Part shown: piece by piece, positions 21,874 to 34,700 of the stretch
Layout: each line of letters begins with the position of its first letter
How positions within the stretch are numbered: position 1 is the stretch's first letter
From: Lingula anatina
Taxonomy: Eukaryota; Animalia; Brachiopoda
Assembly (NCBI GenBank): GCA_051362555.1
Contig: CM120643.1
Coordinates: 18,232,848 to 18,296,847 of the forward strand
DNA: 64,000 nt
Direction: 5' to 3'
The notes under the pieces: model-generated
What the model was told of the DNA's origin: nothing
The model's database searches: none
Seen by the model: only the letters and a program-made list of their open reading frames with translations
Made by a program: the position numbers and the translations under genes

Positions 21874-24800
21874 ATGGCTGAGGCAGCAGCTACGACCAAG
21901 ACTGAAGATTCAGCGACAGCATCGGGGGAGAAGGCGGCCCCGGCCGAGGAACTGGCCGACAATGTTCCGGCCAAGGAGATGCGGTCCATCGTTTTGACTG
22001 GGTTCGGAGGCATCAGGTGTATGCGGATTGTGAAGAAACCAGAACCTTCACCGAAAGACGGGGAGGTGCTTATCAGAGTCAAAGCATGGTTCGTATTGTT
22101 ATTTCTTTCTCTACTAGATGACCTTATTGAGGGACTCGAGTCTTAAAAAGACATCAGACTCGAAATAACGGAATGCTTTCGCATGTCTTCAGTCAACAGG
22201 CGTGAAGACGAGTCCATATGGTAAGCAATATTTTCCAAATATCGGTTACATAAAACAGGCCACCAAATTATTAGCCGTTTAGAAAGGTACCTTGTTTTGT
22301 TTTTTGTTAATTTGACTTTGAATTTCTTGGTTAAAAGGAAACATACGGGATTTCTACTACGCTTAACCTTGTCTGTCCTTCCCACATACAAAGCCAGATT
22401 ATACTAGTACCAACATAGCGCTCAGGCTTTGGAACACGGAAAACTGAAATAATCGATATCGCTCAACGGCGAAGGTTAATACATGTAACAAATACAAGCA
22501 GCTATTGGGATGCCGTTAAATCTGAAAGATGTCCTGCAAAGTAATTAAGAAAGTGAAAACGCCAATTAGATAATGAGATGTTGATATTAAGATTATAAGA
22601 TTAACCCCGCCCCCTAAACCTGTGCCCCCCCCCCCCCCCCCCCCCCCCGGTTTTCTCTTGTTGCATACTGGAGAAGTTGATTGCATTGATTTTTAATGCC
22701 TGTAATGCAGCGCAGATACGAAGAAGAATTCCATCAAATATTTCCGCAGTAAACTAGTCTAATCATAGAAATGTGGTAATTATTGGATCCTTATATTGTG
22801 TACCATATCACTGGGAAAGGTTATATAAATTGTCATTATGCATCGCATTTTTATTTCGTGTCATTAGACAACCCCATATCCTGCCCCCTCCCACGGAGGG
22901 TTGTGGCAAGGACGAGGTGAACATTTTCCTGTAGCAATAGCACGTGGTAACAGTGTTCGGGGAAGTGGAGGGGGGCGTCCAGTACATCTGGGAGCTTTGT
23001 TTTCTTAATAGACATCGAGCCACTGGCATGAGGAAGAGGAACTCACTAACCATGCACCTACACGTGAAAATGAAAACCATTCCACTACAATTATAAGTAA
23101 GTAAAAAGTGTTCAGTTTTGCCTGCGACTGCTGTTATCGCTAGTCGTATTAAAACGTGGTCTGCGGTAGAATTCTCGTATAACCTCATGTCCTTCTGTGA
23201 CACTATTTATAGACACCACACTGCAGAAAGCACACGGCCTTCACTTGATATACTGAACGAGTTTTAGCGGTTTCTTTTTCCTTAGGGTCTACAGCCCACG
23301 CGCGCTTCACACCACTTGGCGTAATAGCGGGCTGATGCCACTTTACTAAGACATTTGAAAAACTTTAGATTGCTGATTGCATGTAGAGTTGTCTTGACGC
23401 GGAGGAAACCACAAAACACGGCAGTGTAAAGCTTTTCGTGAACGCTTGAAATTGATCCAAGAGCAAACATGGTCATGGAGATAAGAGACGTTTTCACTCT
23501 ATTTTCAGAAAGGCGAGCAGACGAGCAATCTATTTGCTAAAGCCTTTGAGCTTTTTTATGCTGAAAAGTTCTGTTGTGGAAAGAAAGGGTTTTTTCACAC
23601 AGCTCGCTAGTTGCGAAACAACTTCAAAGAAAGGCGCTGTATGTCCATACAAGCAGAGACAGCTCCATCCTCTCCCTCCCCTTACCCGATATGCAGGCTA
23701 AGTCCTCTTTCGAAGGGGAAATGACAAACGGTGCCACAACAGGGTAGAATCACGTTTTTTTTGTTCAAGTTGCACCACAAAATAAATGAATGAACAGCCC
23801 TCTCTTTTTTGACATCTTAGAGCCAACGTTGCCAGAATAAAATCTGGTGGATAGTTTTTCTGATTACAAATGTGAGTTCATTGCCGGAAAGAGAAATAAC
23901 ATCCGTGTAGTAATTATACTATACACCAGGCATGGTCATTAGACTATATTCACCGCTGTCTCACAACTGCACAATTCTAATTAAAGCTAGATCGGAGCAA
24001 CGACGTCGCAGGTTAATTACTTCAACCGAGAGCACCGCGTTTTTAAATGATGCAAGCGGCTAATGACGATGCCGTTTCATTGTACCAGGTAATTATGTTC
24101 TAATCATGAAAATCTTGCTATTTCTCAACCCAAAATTATTTTAGATTGCAATAACTGGCGTCTTACTTTGATTTTAGAAAATGTACTCCCAGTAAAAAAT
24201 TATAATTGTTAAAATCTGGTTTCACACAGGGCCTTTAATATTGTATGGCTGCATTCATGTTAGTTTGATGAACGTCAAGTTGAATATCACGCGATCTTTC
24301 AGAAATGAGTGGGTGGGTTGAATAAGATGCTCAGCCTTTCACGAATCCGTATATTAAATAATACATCTCTTAATAGTATTTCTACAAAGCTGTCAAATAT
24401 GGATGCTATTCATACACGTACAAGCAACATGTGTAGGCGATGGACTTACAATGAGCGTTGAAATAGTTTTAACTAGCCACCTTCGAAGAAGTTCATGTAG
24501 TGGGCTTGATTGTAAACCTTCTTAGCATCCTTCACGTAACCCTTCAATAACTTTCTGCCTTCATTGTACTGCTGACTGACGTATTCAAGGACCATCAACG
24601 TATAAGATGATAGGTATTAACTGCTTTTGACTAAATATGAGTGCCATCTTATCTTACAACGGCACAGACGATATGTATATGAAATATAACTGTTAATTAT
24701 ATTGACTTAATTCTTGGTTCTTTCCACGTGCGGGGGCTGGGAAAGTGTGGGGGTAGACACAAACCAGTGACGTGATGCGCATTACGCATTGTAATTCTTT

Positions 24801-27738
24801 CCGTTAAATTTCGAACAGCGGTATGGTAATTATGGAAAGCAATGAAAATTGCATCTCGTCTCTGCGGAGGAAAAAAAAAACAATAATGATTCTGAAACAC
24901 AATATGCATATGTCAAATCACATTAAGGAAACTGAAATGTTAAGGCAGTAGCTTACGTCCACAAATGATCAATTCTTTCTTTCCACACAAATATGATAGA
25001 TGGCTTATACGAGCGTTCAGCCTATATGTAATCGTGAATGCGTTAGTTCCTGGAGCGGTTACATTATGGTTTATAATAACTGCAGATTTGTGTCGGTATG
25101 GGCACCGTTCAATTAGTCTCACTTAATCGGGACCCTTGTTGGTGCTGCGAATCGATTAAGCTTGTCTCTGACTGCCAGCTTATATTTAAGCTTTGAATCA
25201 AGTATTCATTTCTGCACAAGGCGGTAATGCTTGCTAACAGCCAGATTTCATGTACACATGTGCATGTAAGCGAAGCGGCTGTCGCTTACTCTGATCAATC
25301 ATTAATATGACATTGATGAATCGACACAATTCTTTTATGGAGAGTCTCCCACTGGATGAAACCATTTTGTTCTGTGTACCGAAAGATGTCGATTGATAGA
25401 AAACGGCATTTTCCAAGCCGCCAGGAGCCTGCAAAATTTTATTTGTACAATTTGTTTAAAATGCCACGCGCGGTACAGTTTAATGGCTTGCGTAGTAAGA
25501 GGGGTACGAAGCGTTGCGTCTCTTGGCCTTGAGCTTCTCTATGTTAGCCTGCAATGTATCTAAAATTCCTTTTACGCTGTGGCTCTGTATCTAATCGATG
25601 ATATGATGAAGGCCCATTTTTTCTTAGCTTGAAATTATGCAAGTCTGTAGATACTTCTCCGATTCTGAGGGCTTAAATCAATTTTCGTTTATGGTTAAGC
25701 AAACAGTGATATTTTATTGGGAAATGAGTAGGAATGTACATGGATATACGTATGCTCTCTGTACGGTTCCATTACGTGAACTTTGAATACATCAGGTTTA
25801 TCAAAGTTAAAGGGATAATAACTCTTCGTTTCGGCCAAAAAATGAATTTTCCTGGAGTAAACAACAATTTTCCCATACTTACCAATGGTTAATGAATCCA
25901 TTTTTACATTCAAAGTTAGTCCCTGTTTTTTTTCTAAAAAGTTTGGTTTTTTGTTAAAATCTCTTAAGAGATTATAACAGAGTATAGCCATCAATGGAGG
26001 TCACGTGGTCTAAAGACAAGCTCAGATATCAGAATAATGGCTATAACTGCCATTTTTGTGGTAAAACAGAATATATTATATTTCTATGAGTTATTCACAA
26101 TGTTTTTATTGTGAAATAAAGATCTCATACAAAGAGTTATTATCCCTTTAAACAATCTGTACAAGGGCTCGAGGAAGATCCAGACTGTATACATACGTCA
26201 TTTTAGATAATATTTACTGTATACTTTACATTTTGTGTTATGCAGTATTTAATTTTGTTTATGCTGCATCATCTTCTTCAATTCGGTGATGTTACTAAGA
26301 CCTTTGAGTAGATCTCCCCCTTTCAACGAATATGTCATGTTGAGCACACAAACTACATACGTCTTTTGAAATCTTTACTTAAATACATAATAAATACAAT
26401 GACCTGTCTGCCGACTGGTACATGTGGCCATACTATTCTTCTGTCTTAATTACCATCTCAAGTACTCCATGAGGCAGATTCTAGACTGGAAGTCCATAAT
26501 AGTCAACATTTAGTAAGATTTCATTTTTTTAAATTTATTTTTCTAAAAGTTTTCATTTCATTTCAGTGGCCTGAGTTTCTTGGACCTTATGGCGCGTCAG
26601 GGGTGTATCGACAACGCTCCTCGTACCCCGCTGGTCATCGGGTTTCAATGTGCTGGGGACGTAGAGGCGGTCGGGGATAATGTCACGGACTTCAACGTGA
26701 GTAACAGGGTGATATAGACTATGTGTCAGTATTGAGTAATTGTCCTGTATTATTTTATCTCGTATGTGTTAATTAATAACTTATTTATCAAGTTATTGTG
26801 ATATTTGTCTATTTGTTTGTTGTCTTTTTTTATTGAGAAGAGGGAGGAGGAGGGAACAGGACGAATATCCTACATGCTCAACAGGGGTGTGTTCCAATGG
26901 ACAATATGTTTTGGTTGGGTAACGGTAGTAGGCCCTGCCGTTTAAATATATGATTATTTGCAGTGTGCTTTCAAAAATATCCTTTTCTGGTATGTTATAA
27001 CAAGAAAATACTTTCCGTGTATTTTCTGGTTATGAGAATATAATTTACCAATGTCAGAATGTTCTTAAGCCAGATACAAGTTCAGTTATGATGGTTGTAC
27101 AAGCACGTAGGCCTATATTGTCTAAGGTCTAATTATGATCTTATCTCATTGTCACCATCAATGTAACTAGGACAAGTTTCGGGTCCTACAAGGGTACATT
27201 TCTTTCCTGTGACTGAAAATCAAGGTAACTCTGCTTGCTGAGATCCTTGTAGAGCATATCAAGCCAAGCTGTCCAAACGTGACAGGAAACGTGACCATTG
27301 GACACACCATTTATCACATCTCTGCAGATAGTTAACTTTGATTACATTAACGTCGACATTTCCCCATTCCCCGCTATAAATACTATAGAATAAAGATAAA
27401 TTGCTGATATTTCAGCTATTCCAGTATATTGCTCCCGGGCACATTCCGCATGGGAACATCTAAAGGCAAACTTGGATTTTCCTTGTCATTCACTCTCCAT
27501 TAGATTATTCACCAGTTGCAATAAAATTGAATGGCAGGTCAGCCGAGCGATTTTTGTCTTGGAATCAGTGCGCTATAGGTGTTGTAATTATATTTTCTGG
27601 CGTCAGGTATACCATGCTCCTCAAAGCTGCTTGATCGATCCTTGTTTCCGATTAATCCTCGTAGGCGCAATCTGAGTTTGATAGATGGCAGTAATGGAAA
27701 CATGAACGTTGCTAACGGATTTCAAGAACACTATGCGG

Positions 27739-27786
<48 letters not shown>

Positions 27787-30015
27787 ACGGGGGGGGGGTT
27801 CTACTTTCTTCCTTGATTCCTTACTCTTCAAATCTTGCATGATATACTATCAGATTATCATGAGAATCATTACTTGATGGAAATAATCTCAGGGAGCTTT
27901 TGTGGTTTCTAGACCTGTTCGTATTAATCAAATATTGTCCCCGCTATTCAGCCTTTTATATATATTATTTATACATTATTTGTTTGCCTTAAAATTCCAC
28001 TTTTTTGAAATCTTATTTTATTATTACTTTTAGGGTGATTATTATTTATTTTAGGTTAATTTTTATTTCTCTTTTCAAGGCAAAATTGCCCCATCCCACC
28101 CACCCCTTTACTTTGACGTGCACCAAGTTACCCCGTCGACCTAAATATCACATGCATGAAAATTGACAGCCCTCTTAGATAAAAGAATACCAGAGGTTTA
28201 AATTTTCATTGAATATATATACAAAGGATTATTGAGTCCTGAATTCGTAACTGATGGGCCATAAAAAGCGGTATCGTGCTACCACAAAGACTACAACAGT
28301 GAATCACGACTGGTCGATGCTCAATGATTTATTCTCAATAATCTAAGACTCCACAGGTGTTGATGAGTTAGCATACTCTAGGGACTATTTACAGAGAGTA
28401 TATTAGGTAAAGCAAATACATGTGCGAGGTCGATAGGAAACTCATCAATGTGTCGACATACCTCTTCGGCGTCTTAAGACTTACTTAACTGAAACGTTTA
28501 TCCGAATACACACGTGCTTCGAGAGAATCGATATTTTATCTAATCTGATCGGAAAAGCCTGTGTTTCAGAGATTACCGGAGAGTAAGCCTCACTATACTG
28601 ATAGTAAGGCCTAAATGCCACTTTCCAATAATCATAGGTACGCAAGGTGATCGGATGGAATGTGTTTGGTGTTTTCTTTTCAGAAACAAAGGCAGTGCTG
28701 AGGTTTACTGTCCTTAACCTTGTCCTTGATAGATCATTTTAGTATGACATATGTAGCAAATGCTTCAAAAATCGAACGTTTTTGTATCATGATCTTTGAA
28801 ATTAAGAATATTGGACCTCCCCTGAGATGGCAAAAATCAAGCGTGTCTCTCAACGACTGGAATCTGTTGGGACCGGGGGCACAGTTGGTACAATGTGTAA
28901 GCAACTGAGTGTCGTCCTTTTTTGTCTTTGGCCAACACACATCCAGCGCCCTCGTCAATCGGCGAATAATCGGAAACTAATTTTCTGTAAATGGAATGGT
29001 TTTCCCAATACGACGTCTTTAATCTAACCAGGCCTTAACAACGATAACACGATATTCCACTTGAAACTGTAATTAGACGTGAATTATGCATTTCCTGATC
29101 ACGACTTCGGCATGTTTCAGCTGTTTACAAGTGAACTGTTAAGCACATTATCGGCATGGTGATAATCTGGTTAAACTATTACTTGGTACACAAGGAGTAA
29201 ATAGTTTGTGTCTTAAGTGATAGAACGATACCGACAGTTACTGTCAAAATGCGAATTATAAACGTCAATACGTACTACAGTATAAGGTTAACGTCTCTGC
29301 CCAAAGCTAGACCATGCAAAACGGGGCTTTTCTTGGTTTCTTCCTCTGATATTTTCTGTTTTAAAGCCCGACTTGATTTATTTTGTGAATAAATTGAGTC
29401 TTTTACTGGAATGCAGCTTCAGGCTTTTTTTCAAATCAATGTATTGAAAGTGGGGGCATTGTTAATACATTTATTCTAGACGTCACATTCTGAGTATATG
29501 GCCTTTCAAAGTCTTTGGCAATAGACATGAACTGAATCAGTCATTTTATTAAATAAAACCGAAAGGTACACTGGAGAGGGGTTTGTCGGATACAAAGCAG
29601 CCATCAGCGCTACTCATTCAAACACGTGACGCAAAACATTTTCCCTTTTTTTTTCAGATCGGAGACCGCGTGATTGCCCTCACGGACTACCACGCCTGGG
29701 CTGAAGTGGTCAGCGTGCCTGCGCAGACCGTCTACCATATGCCAACGGGGATGAATTATCACGAGGGGGCGGCCTTCCCTCTGAACTGGCTGTCGGCCTA
29801 TATTCTCTTGTTTGACCAAGGCGGACTACGCCCCGGTCAGTCGGTGCTGGTTCATTCTGTTGGAGGAGGTGTGGTAAGTTTTGTTTATTTATTTATTTAT
29901 TTATTTACATGTATTTATTTATTTACATGTATTTATTTATTTATTTATTTATTTATTTATTTGTTACATAATAATAATAATAATAATAAACTATGGTGAT
30001 GGTGATTTATTTTCA

Positions 30016-30062
<47 letters not shown>

Positions 30063-30183
30063 CAGAAATTACGCTAGGTAGAACAGGATGGTTTCTCTGC
30101 AGAGAAGTTTTATGAAAATATGGTTGTAAATTACTTGTATTTGAATATATTTTCCACATGGCATTGGTTCCTACGCACGTGTT

Positions 30184-30250
<67 letters not shown>

Positions 30251-31675
30251 GGGAGGACTGCCCCTCTTTTTTTAATGGATATATAAGCCAGATAAGAACC
30301 AGTTACGCAGTGGTTGCGGCTGCTTGGAGAAAACAACTTGCTTCCAGAAAAAGTAACACATTTTTCACATTTATATCTTCTCTTTTTAAGGGCCAAGCCA
30401 TAGCACAACTGTGTAAAACGGTGGATGGCGTCACGTTGTACGGTACTGCATCTCACAACAAACATGAGCAGATCAAGAATGACGTCACCTACTTGTATGA
30501 TCACGTGGTAGATTACGCCCAAGAGATACGCAAGTAAGTTGGATCCTTTCTATTATGCAGGTGTTACAGGTAGAGTTACATTTTACGAGTGTTAACAATC
30601 AATCTGTCTAAAGTCTTGATTAATACTTTTATTCCAAATGTATTTACTTTCGAATATCGTTTTTATGGCCATAACATTATGTGATCCCTGCCAAATCATG
30701 GCCAATGCATATCGTATTTAACTACTGCGGGAAAATATGTTTTCTATAATTAAATCCTATATTTTTCACAGTCTGAATTGTAACTTTGGTAATTTCCCCA
30801 TTACTTGTTAAAATGTTTGATGAAAACAATCCTGAGGAACAACTTGAGATATTTAAACTCTCAAAAAATCGAAGCCTTCTTTAGCCCAAGTATATCAGTA
30901 GTGCTTAAATAAAATCAAATTTTGTTCCTGCATTATGATTAGAAGGTCAGTCTGATGTTTGGGTCCAGTAGTTAGACCTACTTAAAAATATTTGACTCCC
31001 AATACTGATGTGGACTAAATGTTTGGCTTTAAAGTGAAGATCAATTTTTGGTCTTTATAGGCCTATATAGTTCTGTTGTGAATTTGCTGTGACAGGAATG
31101 GTAATCCTATCGATGGAAGTCCGGAGTCCCACATAATTAGTACAGGGGATGTTTGCAGGGAGTAACGTAATTATTGGGGTTAGTTGATGGGGCAAATGTC
31201 ACCTGTGCTTGCATAGGAACAAACTTTAGTCATTCCTGCCGCTCATGTGCCGAGAAACTGGGGAACCGTGTAACAGAGAGTCTGCCCTCCATTAGAATAA
31301 TAAAATTAGAGAAAGCACGTGGGTCAAATCTAGGACGGGGTTGTCCTTCTCAAAGCAATGGGGGACAGGGCTCTCTATCATAGGGGACTCTCTTGTACAC
31401 GTTACCGGCGCGGCTCTGGTACATGTAATGAAAGACTTTTGCATGAATATCAGGGCGTCTCCAGACGGTGTTGATTTGGTGCTAGACAGCCTGTGTGGGG
31501 AAGACGCCAATAAGGGGATAGGCCTCCTCAAACCCATGGGACGATACGTGCTCTATGGTAAGCAGAGCTATAGGCCTATAAATTACGTGACACTAGCAAA
31601 ATGAAGGTTGGTGGATGTTTTTTATTTTGGTACAGTCGCGGTCTTCCTATTTGTCCCAAAGGTGCCGTTTTGCTG

Positions 31676-31720
<45 letters not shown>

Positions 31721-34700
31721 TTGTGTGTGTGTTTGTGTGCCTGTACGATAAACGTCCACGGCTCATTTACAATGGACAGAAAAAAGACAAACATAAAGCA
31801 ATTTTTGTCAGGTGATTTATGTATCAAATAATGGGGACTGTACCAGTAACTGATATATCATTTAGCTTCTTATAATGAGATATCTTTCCATTAAAGGGAC
31901 AAAAAATAGGATTAAAAACGCCTTTTTAGTGCATGGATTGCTTCTTTTTTAACTTATCTGAGAACAATTGCTATGGGTAAAGCATAAAATGGCAGGTAAA
32001 TGGCCTTAATCAATATCGAAAAAAAGAATCATATTCACCGTCCACTTTCGAACCCCGGGCGTCAGCCATCTTGACACAGTTTGAAATAACGCGGCTTCTC
32101 GACTCAGATACGAGATGTAAACAATGCAGACAGCATGTCGTTTCGAAGGTGAGCGTGGACGTGAAGGAGAAGAGGAATTGCTCACCGAATCTTTGCAGGT
32201 AAGCGAGTTATATTTACCAAAAGTACTTTAAAATGGGAAGATGGCAGTGGAAATCAAAATGTCTGGCAGAGGAAGTTAAAAAGCGTAGATAACTGCTAAT
32301 AATTAACGTTTCCTCGGGTAACGCACTCGCAGCCAAATCACTCGCCCTGGGTACACGTACTACTAGTTATATGAAGCGAGATAGTGCACTTTACCCCTGA
32401 GGTGTATAGTTCTGTAAAGCAGGAGGAATACCCTTTTCTGCTCAATGTGGTCATCTACCAGTACTTACAGACTAACCTCACACCATATTCTCGCAGGGGA
32501 ATCCCATGAGATATACAATGTAACTCGAGTACTAGTGGGGTTAGAGGGTGTTCTTTGTACGGCACGTAACTACATGTACGTTAGCTTATTTGTAAATTTA
32601 GTAATATTGTCAATGAATATGATTATAAGGAATGATTTTTTAGCCTTTCAGAGGAGGAATTGGGTGATACACCCCTTCAAGCACGAGTGAAGAGATCAGG
32701 TATGTTAATAATTTTAGCAGTATAACATGGGCGGAGGGGGGGGGGGGGGTCCGCGGATGCAAAGCCGACCCCCCCTAGTTGGCGTAGGGTCCTGGGCCTG
32801 CTTAAAACTTTGGTATTTTAGAGGGTGAACAGTGCCATTTGGTACGGTTTAGCACTTTACTGTAGTAAATTAGCTAGTCAAAATTCTAATTCCAAGTGGG
32901 GAATATTAGTGTGATTTTTTTACATCAGTTCTTTGAAACCATGTGTGATTATGTTATTTCTTCTTGTGGCCTTTATGATTTAATGCAGCTGCAGATATTT
33001 AAATTTAATTTTTTTTTTTTTTTTTTTTTTTGCCATAATCAGACTTGCTTCTTTATAATAAGCTGGTTATCATGTAGTGATCATGCCCTCTAATTTGTTG
33101 ATTTTTGTTAAAGAATAGTGCTGTTATGATAATATCAATACATTTTTTTCTTTATAACCATTTTATGTAATTTTACTATTACAGTGCCTCAAGTTATGTC
33201 TGGAAAACTCATACCAGGAAGCACTCCAATCTTACAATACTGCATCACTTCAATGTTGGTGTGACAAGTTGTGTAAAAGACTGCTACAAAAAATTTGCAG
33301 TGATGACCACATGATCCACCACCATTTACCAAAACCGAGTGAACAGTTTTATATTATAATGCCCATGTACATGTATTTAAAGTGACAAGACTGAGATCAG
33401 CCAGAGCCTCAAGGCCTTTATTTTCTGTGCATTGTCAACTCTTCAATAATTTTATAATTTTGTCAAATACATCCAAAGATTCAATTCTAATGCAATACTT
33501 GAAAACTTTTTTAGAATATATTTTAATGTTGAACATGTTTTTCTAAGAACTAGCCCTTTAGTAAATTAACATGTACTATCCAACTGTTATTATTAATTAA
33601 CATATTGTTATGTACAAAGCATAAGCTGCAGTATCAATGAAGCATTAACTGGGTAGAGATTATGAATGAAATAAAAGTTTAAATATTGAAACATCTTTTA
33701 TTTATATTTGGCAAAAATACAAGAATAAACAAAGTTTGCTACATAAGTTTGGAATTTGGCCAAATCATCTTTATTATTACCTGTCACATGTAATGAATAA
33801 GACATACACAGATTCTGTAAGCTAGAATGCATAATTATTTTCATACTCATTAATGCCATCTTCATAAATAAGCCTTCTATTCAAGCATTCACAAACTTTC
33901 ACATTGTGCAGTACACATTATAGTATGATAACATTTTTGAGAGAGACTTATTAATAGCCAGGCTATCATGTTAAGAGTCTGATGTACATGCAGACCCATG
34001 AGGATTGCAGATCAACAAATTATCCCCCTCTCTGTCAGTGTATTGACTCATGTGAGCTGTCTCCATGCAAAGGGATGTGTCATAAGAAAGGACCAACCCA
34101 ACTTACACAAACATAAATTGTTTCATCAGTAAGATATTCACACATACTTTTCCAAGATGTGCAGGGAATAAATAGAAAGGTATAAATATTTCTTTAAAAA
34201 ATACAGGCATAGCTTCCCTGCACGAATTCTAAATAATGGCTGAGTGGAGAATTGAATACAGGCACAAGTGTTCACTCAAACCATTTTTGTAGGTCTTAAA
34301 AGAAATGACATGCAGTCATTTGCCAAATACAGAATTTTATGCTGTAACAAAGTCACAAAACTGCAACTGGTGATCGTACAAAATCTAACAACACACTGGT
34401 TTAAAATCAAGTTGAAATCACAATATGCCACCAGTACCATATTCCATAATACATTTGATGTCATTTAGATTTAAGAAGTAAATGCTGGACCAAAATGGTT
34501 TATTCTCAATATCAGGCATATGACTTAGGTTTGGGAGGAAAGACCACCTTGATTTCCAATCTGTCTGCATTATAGCATACATGTAAGTGCTAGATGGTTT
34601 GAAGTCAGCAGATTATGCTTTGTCACATTGGCAAGATGAGTTCACTGAATATATCCTGTAAGCAGCACTCGAAAGTCAGGAAAAGTCTCTCACTATCCAA

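Noticed and set aside
29881-31831. Low-complexity ORFs (poly-Y, poly-I, ERER, SLSL, VCVC)
   Set aside because: Translations of intronic microsatellites.
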